A DNA stretch of 63,846 nt, filler included, from Squatina squatina (lineage: Eukaryota), in NCBI GenBank assembly GCA_031763465.1. It is 4 parts of 3 records of this genome, joined end to end, with 100 filler letters (N's around TTAATTAATTAA, not from the genome) between each part and the next. Parts side by side here need not be neighbours in the genome. Positions count along the whole stretch, not along the records: positions 1 to 13,643 come from JARFOE010000073.1; positions 13,744 to 33,287 come from JARFOE010000176.1; 2 more parts are not named here. The stretch is one strand, 5' to 3'. This document shows positions 12,197 to 24,485 of the stretch, piece after piece. The notes under the pieces were generated by a model that was given only the letters and a program-made list of their open reading frames with translations, made no database searches and was not told where the DNA came from. How positions within the stretch are numbered: the stretch's first letter is position 1; the number at the start of each line of letters is the position of its first letter. The translations under genes and the position numbers were made by a program.

Positions 12197-13249
12197 GTAG
12201 GAACACATGGATGGGTCTAGATTGCATGAATTATGGATTTTTTAAGGAGCTATTGTCTGATATTTCCAAGTGTCATTCATGTAAAACATAGAATGGAAAT
12301 TACTGTAAATTTACTTGATACAAATGACCGAGTTCTTGGTCATCTGACCTAATACCTCCTTATGTGGGTCACTTTCAAATTTTCTTTGATACCGCTGCTG
12401 TGAAGTGCCTTGGGACGTTACACTGTTAAAGGTGCTATATAAATGCAAGTTGTTACCCTGTCCCAGTTGATGTAAGTGAGCTTAGCACACATTTAGCCAT
12501 TGTGAATGTGGTCTCAGGTTATGGTGTCCAAATCTTCTGCATCTCCCTCAAAGATTTAAGTGCTAAAAAGTGTATATTGAAGACTGGATTGGTTTGACTT
12601 GATAAACCCCAAACTACTGGGAAACTTCAGAAATAGGTCTACCCAAATTTTATCAACTTGCACAAAGCCAGTATCTCCTTTTTGCATCACGAGAGCATTG
12701 TCATGGTTGCAAGATTAAAGAACATAATAGAACTTTAAGATTAAAGGTCTTCATAAATTGGCAGTTATATTTTTATCATCGGTAGTAGTTATTGCATTGA
12801 ACACTCGGATACTTGGCCAGCACTGATTTTACAGTACAGCCTCCTTTGGTTCAGTGTTCAGGCTGTCTCATATGCAAATTTCTGGTATTCATGNNNNNNN
12901 NNNAAAAAAACTATATATTTTAGTATGTGGTTGAGTAGGAAGAAAAATACTTAATACTGAGTCCATACATCTATATTGACCTTTAAGGAAGGCCTTAAAC
13001 TCACACCTATCACAGTATTGTGACCGAGCTCTAAGCATTTGCGAATTGGCAGGTGATGATCAACTTTTGGTATTGACATTCTAATTTTGACGAGGTACTT
13101 TCACCATTATTAGACAAAATTTGTTTTTGTCAAGTTGATTTCCCCTGAAGGCCCAGGAAGGCCCACTAATCTTCTAATATGTGTCTCATTTATTCAAAAT
13201 AGAAGTGACCCAAATCCAATGCGAGTTTCTTCGTCATTCTAAATAAAAA

Positions 13250-13643
13250 TTCATTGTCCACCTACTTTCCAGAGGCATTTGCACTGGAACTTGCTGTGAT
13301 TAGAAAGCCATTTCGGCCCAGCATGGGATCTGGGACCTGTGTGAACAGGGCAGGTAACTGTGTATCTCACCCAATCAGATTGAAGAATCCTTACTGAGGC
13401 ACGTAGAGTCTGAACATGGAATTGTAAGTTAGAATAGTTCATTCAATGTCAAATCATCTACAGAAAACAAAACAAAGAGAGGGAAAGAAAGATTGAATTA
13501 GTAGAGAGTGGTAAAAGACAAAGAAGAGGTTAAATATATATTTTTGTTTAAATTTTTAAAAATCTCCATCAATAGTTAAAATCTGAAGGAATGAGACTAC
13601 ACACTTGTAAAAGTTAACTTTCAGTGCCAGAGAGGTAGTTTGG
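13250..13643. mobile_element. Partial non-autonomous DNA transposon related to 14221-14976, cut by a gap
   Basis: Shares internal blocks with the 14221-14976 element (caatca.a.tgaagaat; and gagactacacacttgtaaaagttaactttcagtgccagagagg vs gacattccacaaatataaaattagtttttcagggcccgaacgg). Confidence 0.5.
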
Positions 13644-13743
13644 NNNNNNNNNNNNNNNNNNNNNNNNNNNNNNNNNNNNNNNNNNNNTTAATTAATTAAN
13701 NNNNNNNNNNNNNNNNNNNNNNNNNNNNNNNNNNNNNNNNNNN
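13644..13743. other. Artificial scaffold linker 44N-TTAATTAATTAA-44N
   Basis: Palindromic six-frame-stop 12-mer at 13688-13699 centred in a 100-bp spacer. Identical structure at 33288-33387 and 51655-51754. Confidence 0.97.
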
Positions 13744-14220
13744 TCAAAAGCTTCTAAACCGTGCCTATTAGTGTCCTTGTGCCCAAAAGAACCAGCTTAA
13801 TTTTTAAGAGCCTCCTTGAAGGCCTGCAAATTAGCACAATTGGCAGAAACTCCCAATGGTGATTAATTCATCCTGGGGGTGTAGCCAGTTTAGTGGGTGT
13901 GGCTGGCCTCTAGCATGATTTTTAAACCAGCACCAAAATTGCAGAAACTTTATGAGCACTTAAAATTATGCGATAATTTGCGTGGGTTGCACTGATTTCG
14001 GGCAAATTGTGCCAAAAAATACTAACACAACCGGGTGGGAACTCTATACCTCTTGGTCTACTGTGTTACTTACAGATAGAAAGTTTACAATTTCCCATAC
14101 ATGCACGGTCTGCTTTACTCGCTGCTTCCACAAGGTGGAGACATGTTAATAGAACAGAATCTTAGCGCCTATTTAAAATGACCACTTTTGTCCTAAGCTG
14201 TAGGGGACAGCATGAAAAAT

Positions 14221-14976
14221 GGCCTGGATTTCACGGTCAGCAGCAAAGGGATGGTGCTTGCCGCTGTCCTCAAAGAAAGCCACCTACAAACTTGTAGCAG
14301 GCTGTGTCGTCGATTTCACCTTTTCCAACGTGATTTTCCATCTGGCACCATCGATAGGGGATATGTGGCATCGAGCAAGAGTGATGTAATCAAGCAGGCT
14401 AAGCAGTCAATCACACTGAAGAATTCTCAGACAGCAAACCAGGAAGTAGAATGTATAGATAATTTATTTTTCATAAAGTTCTACAGAGAGTGAAATAAAT
14501 ATTGGGACATACACATAGGATTAAGGTAGAAGCTAAAATATCCGAAACAAACGTTTTTTTTTAAAATGCTTATATTAAAAGTCACATAGTCTTATATTAA
14601 TGGAAAGATTTGACATTCCACAAATATAAAATTAGTTTTTCAGGGCCCGAACGGTTGTTCAGCAGTCAATACGCCATTAACAACCCAGTTACACCTCTTT
14701 CAACGAGGCTTAACTTTATCGGTGGGGTTTAACCGCGATATTCCAGCATAATAGGGGAAGTTTTTGTCTGGAACTGCGATTTGAAATGATTGTCGGCTCC
14801 GGGGAATTCCACAGCACAACCTGTGGAGGAGCAGGGAATGACTGACAGCAACTTCGGGATTTTCGTATTTATCTGCACATGCACTAACTCCAGAAGTTGC
14901 TGTCACTTTCAGAGGGATAATGACTATGAACACTGACTGATAGTTTCTCCGCCATTACTACCGTAAAATCTGGGCC
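14221..14976. mobile_element. Non-autonomous DNA transposon / MITE (PIF/Harbinger-like TIRs), 756 bp
   Basis: Imperfect 17-bp TIRs GGCCTGGATTTCACGGT / ACCGTAAAATCTGGGCC (3 mismatches). Flanks aat/agt could be a decayed 3-bp TSD. No coding capacity. Confidence 0.75.
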
Positions 14977-15504
14977 AGTAAAACTATCTTTTACGTACCA
15001 CTTTGCAGCACAACCTAAAATATTAGCCATTGACAGAGTTAATTTTATGAACAATAACGTGCTAGGTTTTGTGACAAGAAGTAAAGCATGCTTGAGGAAT
15101 CCTACAGCTTAGCCTGAACCTCAAATGCTCCATTCTGAAACATCAATATTCAAAACTACTTAGTCAGTTCCTTGTTATCTTCAGGTATGGAGCCTGGCCC
15201 CTTTGTTCCTATGCATAGCATCCTTGGGTAAAATGTGGCATTGATACAGTTGGAACCCCATTTCACTGGCATTACTGCAGTGTGAACACAGCACTCATCG
15301 GCAAAGATTGCACTTTAATGCCCATCTTTTTTTAGTTAAATTTTCTCCCCACCCCCTTCTCCGTTGTTCTGAACTACAATGCCTCATGCTGGGGTACTGT
15401 TTCACTAATATTGACAGTCCTTCAGGACCTTGGTAAGGTGCTCGATCACTTCGTGTGAGCCCAGATTAGAAGTGTGTCCAGGCTATTTGACCAATAACAG
15501 CCCA

Positions 15505-15688
15505 GATGAGGAGGAATTTCTTCACCCAGAGTGGTGAACCTGTGGAATTCTCTACCACAGAAGGCAGTTGGGGCCAGATCACTAAATATATTCAAGAAGG
15601 AGTTAGATATTGTTCTTAAGGCTAAAGGGATCAGGGGATATGGGGAGAAAGCAGGGACAGGGTACTGAATTTGGATGATCAGCCATGA
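15505..15688 (+). mobile_element. CR1 LINE 3' end fragment
   Basis: gatgaggaggaatttcttcacccagagtggtgaacctgtggaattctctaccacagaaggcag...gatgatcagccatga, closely similar to the 3' end of the CR1 at 24486-28326. Confidence 0.9.
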
Positions 15689-18356
15689 NNNNNNNNNNNN
15701 NNNNNNNNNNNNNNNNNNNNNNNNNNNNNNNNNNNNNNNNNNNNNNNNNNNNNNNNNNNNNNNNNNNNNNNNNNNNNNNNNNNNNNNNCTGTGTCTTAAG
15801 ATAATTGTCCAAAACAGGTGCTAAATTTACACCTATTGGCCCCATATAGCCACAGACTATAAAAAGGCCAATTGGGCGCCCAACATGTTTCAAACATCGC
15901 AACTGCTTATTTGTACTGATTCAGATGCTCTGGAGTGCTTTCAGCCACATGCAAAACACAAAAAGTAGTATTTACAGATTTACCAAATAATTGTACCATT
16001 CATTTATAAACATACGCAATAATCACATTTCAATGTCAGTTAAGGTTGGCTTTGCTGATGTTACCTTTAAAATTAATTAGAAATAAAAACTGATAGTACT
16101 GTACTTTCTTAGTGATCAGACTTGAAAAGAGTTGACAAATAAATTATTTAAATGGCAAATTTCAAACCATTGAAGTCAATGGAAATAAAAATCAGGAGAT
16201 ATGTAAAACAGGCTAGCAATTCACTATCACCCGTTTTACACTACTGCACAAAAGCTAGGTTGTAGCAGCAGGCCTGAAGGCACAAATATATGTGAAGCAC
16301 TGCGTCCCATTTTTGGGTTGTGCACTAGATAATCTCTGATTCACCATCACTAGTCACTCCCATAAACAGTCTGTTTCTGTCCCCTATGTTTTAGAGTGCA
16401 CCTTTTACTGCCCAATATTCAGATAAATCATAGCGTGATCAAAGGATCGTAATTGAGCAGCTGACAGATCATTGCACATCCTCTCTTTTGCAAAAGGTGC
16501 ACTTAAAATCACTCTCTTGAAACTGTAAACCAACAAACTGGTTTATTTTGCATAAAATACATGAACCGAATGCAGTTTTCACAGTGATATCAGTCAAATT
16601 TATATGCCCCCTGTTTCATAAAAAAATAACAAATATGCAACCTTGCTAATGCCCTCGGCATAGACTCACTTTCAAGCTAGCTGGTGTTTGACTTTCTGCT
16701 ACAGGCTACCAGGGATCAGTTGCTCATCCTGTATATCTGAGAGAAAGAGTGAATGAGACAGCCCCTTAAGACTGTGATATCCAATGTTTGGCCCACTGGT
16801 TAATCACCAACCAAAAGTAAGTATTTAAAAAAAATGTTTTACTTACCTGGGCCCCAAATTGGTTCAGGCTTCACGCCGACCACCCGCTGTGCGCTGCAAG
16901 TAAAAAGTCAGTCCCATAGTGTGATATTTACACCTGCCTAACTCTGAATCTGTGAATAATTCTGGCAGGGTTAGCACCACGATGTAACCATTTAGAACTG
17001 ACTTACACCAGTAAATGAAAATCAAGCACAATAACTCAAAGCAATTTATCTAATGTTAATTAATGACTAAGGCAAATTAACTAGCATTACTAATAATTTA
17101 CAATGTATCTTGCTCTTATGTCTTAATAGGTGTGCAGAATGTACATTTCCTGGAAAGCACTCTGAGTAAGCTACAATACAAACAATTCAATATCACCATA
17201 TTTAATAGTATTATGACTCATACTTTAAAATGAGCTTTATGAAGTAGTTTAATCCTCAAACATNNNNNNNNNNGTAAAACTTCAAAAACTTACTCATCCA
17301 TCATGATAATTTTTTTAAAGATATATTTCAGCATCAAATTGGTAAAGCTTGGAAATCAGAAATCTACTCAATAAAATATTTTGGGGCTGAAAGTGCTCAA
17401 TGGAAAAGAAAATTGGGCGCAGTATAACATGGTCTGCCAATTCTCTACCAGCCCATTTTGTGCTATAGTGGATCAATTTCACCCCCTTTAGTTTCAAACT
17501 GATTCCAACTTGTTTACTAGTTAGTCGTCANNNNNNNNNNNNNNNNNNNNNNNNNNNNNNNNNNNNNNNNNNNNNNNNNNNNNNNNNNNNNNNNNNNNNN
17601 NNNNNNNNNNNNNNNNNNNNNNNNNNNNNNAGCACTTTGAACAAATTGAATTTGTTAATTAAAGCACTAAAATGAAATGTTAAATGTTACTGACTAGATG
17701 CAAATTGCATTAGTTGAGGAATTGAGGGACAAAAGTCCTCAGTATCAATAGCCAGGACAAATCACAATCGAAAGACAAGTGATTACTCCTGATGGATATT
17801 CTCAACTGAAAGCTGTTTTCCATGTCATGGGCTACTGCTCAATCATTTGCTGTCTAGTTTGTGATGCATAGTACCATCAGAAGCTTCAGTCTTGTAGGAT
17901 TTTACAGAAAACATTCACAAATTCTACCAATTTAGATTTAAATTCTGAAGCATTGAATACAATTTTGATTTAGGACAAAGAAAATTATTGGCGCAGGTGC
18001 TTTTCTTGAATTTTGAACAGAAAAGCTAGGAAGACTAAATTTGTTCTTTAAAAGAATATTTTCACTAACACTTCATTGTGGGTGAATGGATATCTATGTT
18101 AGTTAAAAATTAGATTTATCAACAATAATATAAGCCACAGGCACAATGCTGTTCATTTCACTCCCATACTCGTTAAAGTGACATAAATCCTGGGCAATGA
18201 GTTTTGTCTGTAGGATGATGGAAAATGGTGGTAGCTTAGCTGAACTGTAATTCATGNNNNNNNNNNNNNNNNNNNNNNNNNNNNNNNNNNNNNNNNNNNN
18301 NNNNNNNNNNNNNNNNNNNNNNNNNNNNNNNNNNNNNNNNNNNNNNNNNNNNNNNN

Positions 18357-18730
18357 CGGCGCACTGTGGCTGCAGTGAGTACCATCTACAAGATGCACTG
18401 CAGCAACTCACCAAGGCTTCTTCAGCAGCACCTCCCAAACCCACGACCTCTACCATCTAGAAGGGCAAGGGCACCAGACGCATGGAAACAGCACTACCTC
18501 CAAGTTCCCCTCCAAATTACATGCCATCCTGACTTGGAAGTCTGTCGCCGTTCCTTCGTCATCACTGGGATCTTCGAACTCCCTCCCGAACAGCACGGTG
18601 GGAGTTCCTTCACCACAAGGACTGCAGCGGTTCAAGAAGGCAGCTCATCGCCACCTTCTCAAGGGCAACTAGGAATGGGTAATAAGTGCTGGCCTTGCCA
18701 GTGACGCCCACATCCTAGGAACGAATTAAA
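18357..18730 (+). mobile_element. 3' end of a CR1/Jockey-group LINE (different family from the main CR1)
   Basis: Translates RTVAAVSTIYKMHCSNSPRLLQQHLPNPRPLPSRRAR, then a decayed WNSLP-type block and FKKAAHRHLL; ends in gctggccttgccagtgacgcccacatcc...aattaaa. Confidence 0.75.
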
Positions 18731-19437
18731 GTGGGATAATTAGTCACTATAACGTTGTTTCTTATTGCAATATTACTACTACTGTAAATTCACAGTGGTG
18801 CCTTTTCATATGCATCCCAATTACTGCATATGCAGGTGTTCCATCAGCTCATTTGGCCTGTGAGTAATGTCAGTTCAGAGGAGAAGCTTCAGGCTTCAAA
18901 CTTTTAATCTGCTTCCATTATCTCTGATCAAGGTGGAACCACAGGGGAGCAGAGTTGCTGGCAGGCTATGACGAGTGAGGAGGCAGCCTATCTATAAAAC
19001 ATATTAATCACTTTCCTCTCTTCCAGGCACATTTACAAATCGAGCCTCTGCCTGGACTCCCTGGCGCCTGAAAAATGGATTCTCTGTCCCTTGGTTCAGG
19101 CAAATGCCTTTCAAGGAAAGTCATCAGCATAATAATTACTGACATTGCTGATATAAGCCTAAGTTGTCGTTGGGGAACTATTAGGAAAGCAAAGAATTCT
19201 GGGAGAGATCATTATAGACTTCCGTGTTGGCATCTGCGCCTATTGGCTTGCATTAGGAACAACATAATGACCCAGAAATATTCAGATATCAGCCGCTGTG
19301 ACAGTGCTTAATCCTGAATAAACTGCTTCAGTGCCAAGGGAATCTTATTTCTTTCTGTTGTTCCAAACAACAGATGCAGCCAATTAACTTTAAGTAGTGA
19401 CCAACTAAACCTTTGTTATATTATGCTGCATTATGCA

Positions 19438-19615
19438 ATATTCAAGACAGAGATCTATAGATTTCTCGATAGTAAAGCCATCAAGAGACAGGGAGATAGT
19501 ACAGAAAACTGACATTGAGATCTCTGATCAGCCCTGAACTTGTTGAAAGGTGCAGCAGGCTGGAGGGGCCGAATGGCCTATTACTGCTACTCTTTCTTAT
19601 GCTCTTATGTTCTTA
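19438..19615 (+). mobile_element. CR1 LINE 3' tail
   Basis: atattcaagacagagatctatagattt...ggggccgaatggcctattactgctactctttcttatgctcttatgttctta: CR1 3' UTR with short tandem tail. Confidence 0.85.
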
Positions 19616-20078
19616 AGCTTGGGAGGTATAATCTCTGGAATGTTCTGAGTCAAGAGCATATTATCATTGGGCCAATAAGATCAGAATGTGTGGCAGAAGG
19701 ATTTGTGTGGGAGCAATGGGTTTCAAACATGTGGCAATGGCACAGTATTGGCGAAACGAATAACTGGGGCTGTAGGTAGGATTTTAAGCTAAATGGATAC
19801 CAGGGCGGCAACATTTAGGAAGTTAAATGGGAAGGACAAGGCAATAGTGCAGGGTAGCGCGATGGGTAATGATAACAAGAGTGTGACAAGAAGGGAAGGA
19901 TGTACAAATGTAAAGGTATGTCAGCAAATAGAGTGGAACTAGGAAAAAAGTGAAGGAAGACAAAATAAAAGGCCCCTTTTCTTAATGCACACAGCATTTA
20001 TAAATGAATTGACAACACAATAAATATAAATGGATGTGATCTGATCAACATTAAAGAACAGTGGCTGTAAGACACCAA

Positions 20079-21284
20079 GAGCGGCCAATTCAAGTGCCCT
20101 CAGTTACTGTCATGAAGGGATGAATTGTTCAGCGCAATGTTCAGGATTCAGAACTCTGATAGCTTCAAAAAACATGCTAATTTCAGCGTTAAAGTGCACT
20201 TTTAATCTTAGTTTATTTCAGCAGGTGATGTAAGGAGCTGCTATCAAAGGTAGGACACATCAGACCTTAAAGGGGTTCGTTCTGGGCGCACAATCAATGC
20301 TAAGGTCTGTCAAAGCACAGGTCATTGGTGGGTGAGGAGAGGTTTTCCAGTCAATTGCTGTGTTTGGCAGACATAACCAATCACAACATGCACCCTCGGG
20401 AAGCCGGCTATGTTGGCAAAGCCCACGCGCTTTCTTGCTGACCTGGTGTTTTAAGACTCGCCGATCACACCTCATTTGATGTCAACTTCCTTTCCGACCT
20501 GTCAGAGGATGAAGCTGGCCTGTGGCATGTGGCACCAGTGAAGTCGGTGGCTGTGGCTCCAACTGAAGGGATCACTGGGCGTGCTGAAGATGGCCAGCTG
20601 ATGATGCCCTCATCTCTCTCGCATCCAGTAAGAGGTGGTCTATCTACATGATCTACCTCATGTGGTGTCGGTGGAGATCCCACCCCAACATACGTGATAA
20701 CCCCATGGAATAGTAACATTGTTCAAGAAGCGACCAGGTCAGGAAAAGATAAATATTAATGAGACTCGTCTCTCTGTTCCAAAAGGACGCCACAACGGCA
20801 CCTCCTCCCCACCCGAACATGAGTGATGCCCCCATCACCGAATAGTCAACATTTTAAACATCAAATGTGTGCATGCAAAACCGCTTTATCATAGAAACTG
20901 CACCACTTTTTCACTTTCAAGTAATAATCAACAATCAAAAAAAAACGCGAATGAAAAAAGAAAATATATGCTGCTTTTCTTTAAAATAAAACTTAAAGCT
21001 CACTCCCCACCGAATGACAGCGCACAAAATAACAGGTGCTGTCACCACTGAACTTACCAGCTGGAAACGCAGCTGAATTGTTGGGTCGGTGGCCATCCTG
21101 GGCACTGTGCTCAAAGATGATGTCACGCCCGCCCTCCAACATCGGCTGCTGCACAACATTAACAACAAGGATCAGAGGATCATAAAACTCACGCGCAGCA
21201 CATTCCACCGAAAATCGCCAATAGGCTGTGAATGGCCAATTAGTGCTGCTTTAGCGCAGGTGTCAGTGGACAAATTGGCTGCTC
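20079..21284 (-). mobile_element. PIF/Harbinger-derived internally deleted DNA transposon, 1206 bp
   Basis: 12-bp TIRs GAGCGGCCAATT / AATTGGCTGCTC (1 mismatch) and 3-bp TSD CAA (20076-20078, 21285-21287); removal restores the CR1 endonuclease sequence. Minus-strand remnant VGFANIAGFPRVHVVIG (20376-20426) resembles the Harbinger transposase GFxxIAGFPxVxGxIDCTH motif. Confidence 0.8.
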
Positions 21285-21940
21285 CAAGGCTTGGAACTGA
21301 ATATTAATGGATATTTGATATTTCGGAGTGATAGGCAGACTGGAAAAGGAAGTGGGGTAGACACAATAATACAGAAGAAATCAGTGCAATCGCGAGAAAT
21401 GATTTAGGCTCAAAACATCAAAATGTAGACTCAGATTTGTTGGAGGTAAATAATAAGAAGGGAAAGAAGTCTCTGGAGAAATAGTCTGCAGGCCCCTTAA
21501 CAGTAGCTACACTGTAGTACAGAGTATAGATCATGAAATAAGGGGGCTTACAGATAAGTACTGAAATAATCGTGGGGATTTTTTATTTGTCATGTAGATT
21601 GGACAAATCACATTGGGAAAGGCAATCTTGACTACGAGTTGATGCAATGTATTTTCTTCAGCAGTTTTTTGAAGCGATACATTGTGGAACCAGACAAATT
21701 TATCTAGCTTTTTTGGAGATCAAGTAACGTCTAATGAGACAGGATTAATCAACGACCACATTGTAAAGGAGCCTCGAGGGATGACTGATCATAACCTGAT
21801 ATAATTTCACATTCAATTTGCGGGTGAGAAACTTGGGTCTGAGATTAGTGTCTTAAACTCAAATGAAGGCAAATGCAAAGATTTGAAGAAAGAATTGGCT
21901 AAAGTGGACCAGGAAAATAGATTGAAAGATTCATGATGGT

Positions 21941-22712
21941 AAAGCAATATTATTTAAACGGAGAAAAACTGCAGAAAGCTGCATCACAAAGATATTTGGG
22001 GTCCTTTTGCATGAAATACAGAAAGCTAACACCCAAGTGCAGCAGGTAATAGGGAAGGCGAATGGAATGTTGCCCTTTATTTCAAGCGGTTTGGAATATA
22101 GAGATAAGGATGTCCTGCTGCAAATATACGAGGCACTCATGAGACCGCATCTGGAGTACTGTGAGCAGTTTTGGTCCGCTTATTTAAGCAAGGTAATAAA
22201 TTCATTGAAGGCAGTTCAGAGAAGGTTTACTGGGATGATTCCAGTTGGGGAGAGATTGTCCGATGAGGAATGCTTGAACAGTTTGGGAATCTACTCATTG
22301 GAATTTAGAAGAATGAGAAAAGATCTAACTGAAATATATAAGACTCTTCGGGGTCTGGACAGAGTAAATGATGAGAGGATTTTTCCTCTCATGAGTGAGG
22401 CTAGGACCAGAGGACACAGTTTCAGATTAAGGGGACGTCCATTTAAGAGAGATGCAAGGAGGAATTTCGTCTCCCAGACGGTTGTGAGTCTTTGGAACTC
22501 CTTGACACAGAGGGCTATGGAGGCTGAGACCTTATGCACATTTAAGTCCGAGATAGATAGATTTCCAATCAGTATGGGAAACAAGGATCATGGGCAAACA
22601 GTGGGAAGGTGGAATTGAGAAATGTCAGATCAGCCAGGATTCAATTGAATGGCGGAGTGGTCCCGATGGGCCGAATGGCCTACTCCTGCTCCTAATTCTT
22701 CTGATCTTATGG
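21941..22712 (+). mobile_element. 5'-truncated CR1 insertion (ORF2 C-terminus plus 3' UTR) nested in the older CR1
   Basis: Open ORF 22007-22618 (RPHLEYCEQFWS...LGIYSLEFRRMRKDL...WNSL), followed by the gggccgaatggcctactcctgctcctaattct tail. ATGGT occurs at both junctions (21936-21940, 22709-22713). Confidence 0.9.
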
Positions 22713-24485
22713 TCAGTGGCAGCCAGTTAAGGAGATATTTGCTAACTCACAATAAATATATATAGCAGTGAGAAAGGAAATGTATAAAAGGCGGGATAAA
22801 GGTCAGGGGCTAACTGAGGAATTTGAGGACAGTATCAGATTGAAAGAAGCAGCAAGCAATGCCGCAAAGATTAATAGTAGGCCAGAAGGTAGGGAAAATC
22901 TTACACATCAAGAAAGAATGATTAAAAAATGAATAAGGAGGGAGAAAATATATTTTGAGAGTAAACTGGCAAGAAATGCAACAACAAACAATAATGGATT
23001 CCACAAGTTTTTAAAAAGGAAGAGAGGAGATACAGTTGGTCCATTAGAGGAGAAGAATGGGGAATAATAATGGGACACAAGTAAATGCCCGGGACAATGA
23101 ACAAATATTCCGTCTCTGTATTCACGGTCGAAGACAGTAAAAACATTCCAGTAATAATAGGACCTCAGGGGGCAAAAGGAAAGGATCTTAAAACAATCAG
23201 AATCACTAGAGAAAAAAATATAGGCAAACTAACAGGATAAATTCTGATAACATGCATCCTCTAACTTACAGACATAGTGGATGCATTGGTTGTACTGTTC
23301 CAAAATTCCTTAAATTCTGGAAATGTCTCTGTGGATTTTTAAACTGCAAAAAAGGAGGGAGACAGAAGCCAGGAAATAAAAGGCCAGTTAGCCTTCCATC
23401 TGTTTTTGGGAAAATACTAGAATACTTTAGCAAGCATATAGTAGCAGGATGTTGAGAAATCATAGTACAATTAAGCAGAGGCAGCATGGTTTTATGAAAG
23501 GGAATTCCTGTTTGCCAAAGTTATTAGAGTTCTTTGAGGATGTAACGATGGTTGATTAAAGGGTTCTTGAATAAGCGCCACATAAAAGCTTGCTGCACAA
23601 GGAAAGAATTGATGGTGAAGGGGGAAATATATTAACGTGGATTGAGGATTGGCTGATGAACTGAAAGCAGCGGGTCGGGTAAAGTGGTCATTTTCAGGAT
23701 GTCAAACTTTATCCAGTGGGATTCCACAGGGATCAGTGCAAGGTGCTGCAACTATTCACAATGTATTGCAATGACGTGGATGTAGAAACCGAGTGAATTG
23801 GAGCCATATTTGCTCAGGTTAAACAGAAAGTTGGGAAAGTAATTTTATGAGGAGGACACAAAATGTCTGTAAAAGGAAATATCTAGATTAAGCAATTGGG
23901 GAAATAATGACAGATCGAGTTTAATGTGGGAAATTGCGAGTGTACCACTTGGTAGGAAGAATTGAAAAACATATTATTATTATTTAAATGGAGATTACAA
24001 CATGCAGCGGTACAGAGGGATCTGGGAGTCCTCTTACATGAAACATAAAACCTTATCATGTAGATACAGCAACTAATTCGGAAAGCAAATGGAATGTTGA
24101 CCTTTATTGCAATAGGGTTGGAGCATTAAAGTAGGGAAGTCTTGTAACAACATAACAGGATGTAGGTAGGTCCACACCTAGAGTAGCACGCAATGCATTG
24201 TTCTCTTTATTTAATTAATTTAATTGGAGTTAGTTTAGACAAGTCTCAGTAGATTCAAAAGGTTGTCTTATGAGGAAAGGCTGAGTAGTTTGTGCATTTA
24301 CTTATTTGAACTTAGAAGAATGGTATATGTCCATACCGAAATGTGCAAGGTTCGGAGTTTGACCGGATAGATACTGAAAGGATGTTGCCACTCATCATGA
24401 AATCTAGAACTAAGGGGCATAATTTTCGAATGAGTTATCATCCAATCAAGAAAGAAATGAGGAGGAATATTTTCTCTCACATTGT

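Noticed and set aside
11978-12220. ORF-track 80-aa ORF as a complete gene
   Set aside because: Only 12010-12196 is exonic PPP6R3; the flanks are intronic read-through.
13688-13699. TTAATTAATTAA as a biological repeat or homeodomain site
   Set aside because: It is always centred in exactly 44+44 N, so it is a synthetic linker.
18800-19430. Conserved-noncoding-element-like sequence and a + strand acceptor at ~19026 (similar impression at 60640-61030)
   Set aside because: Conservation cannot be judged from one sequence, and no recognisable peptide or good donor follows.
22007-22618. 203-aa ORF as a host or domesticated gene
   Set aside because: It is an ordinary CR1 ORF2 C-terminus followed by the CR1 tail, with similar copies at 24565-25029 and 54903-55325.
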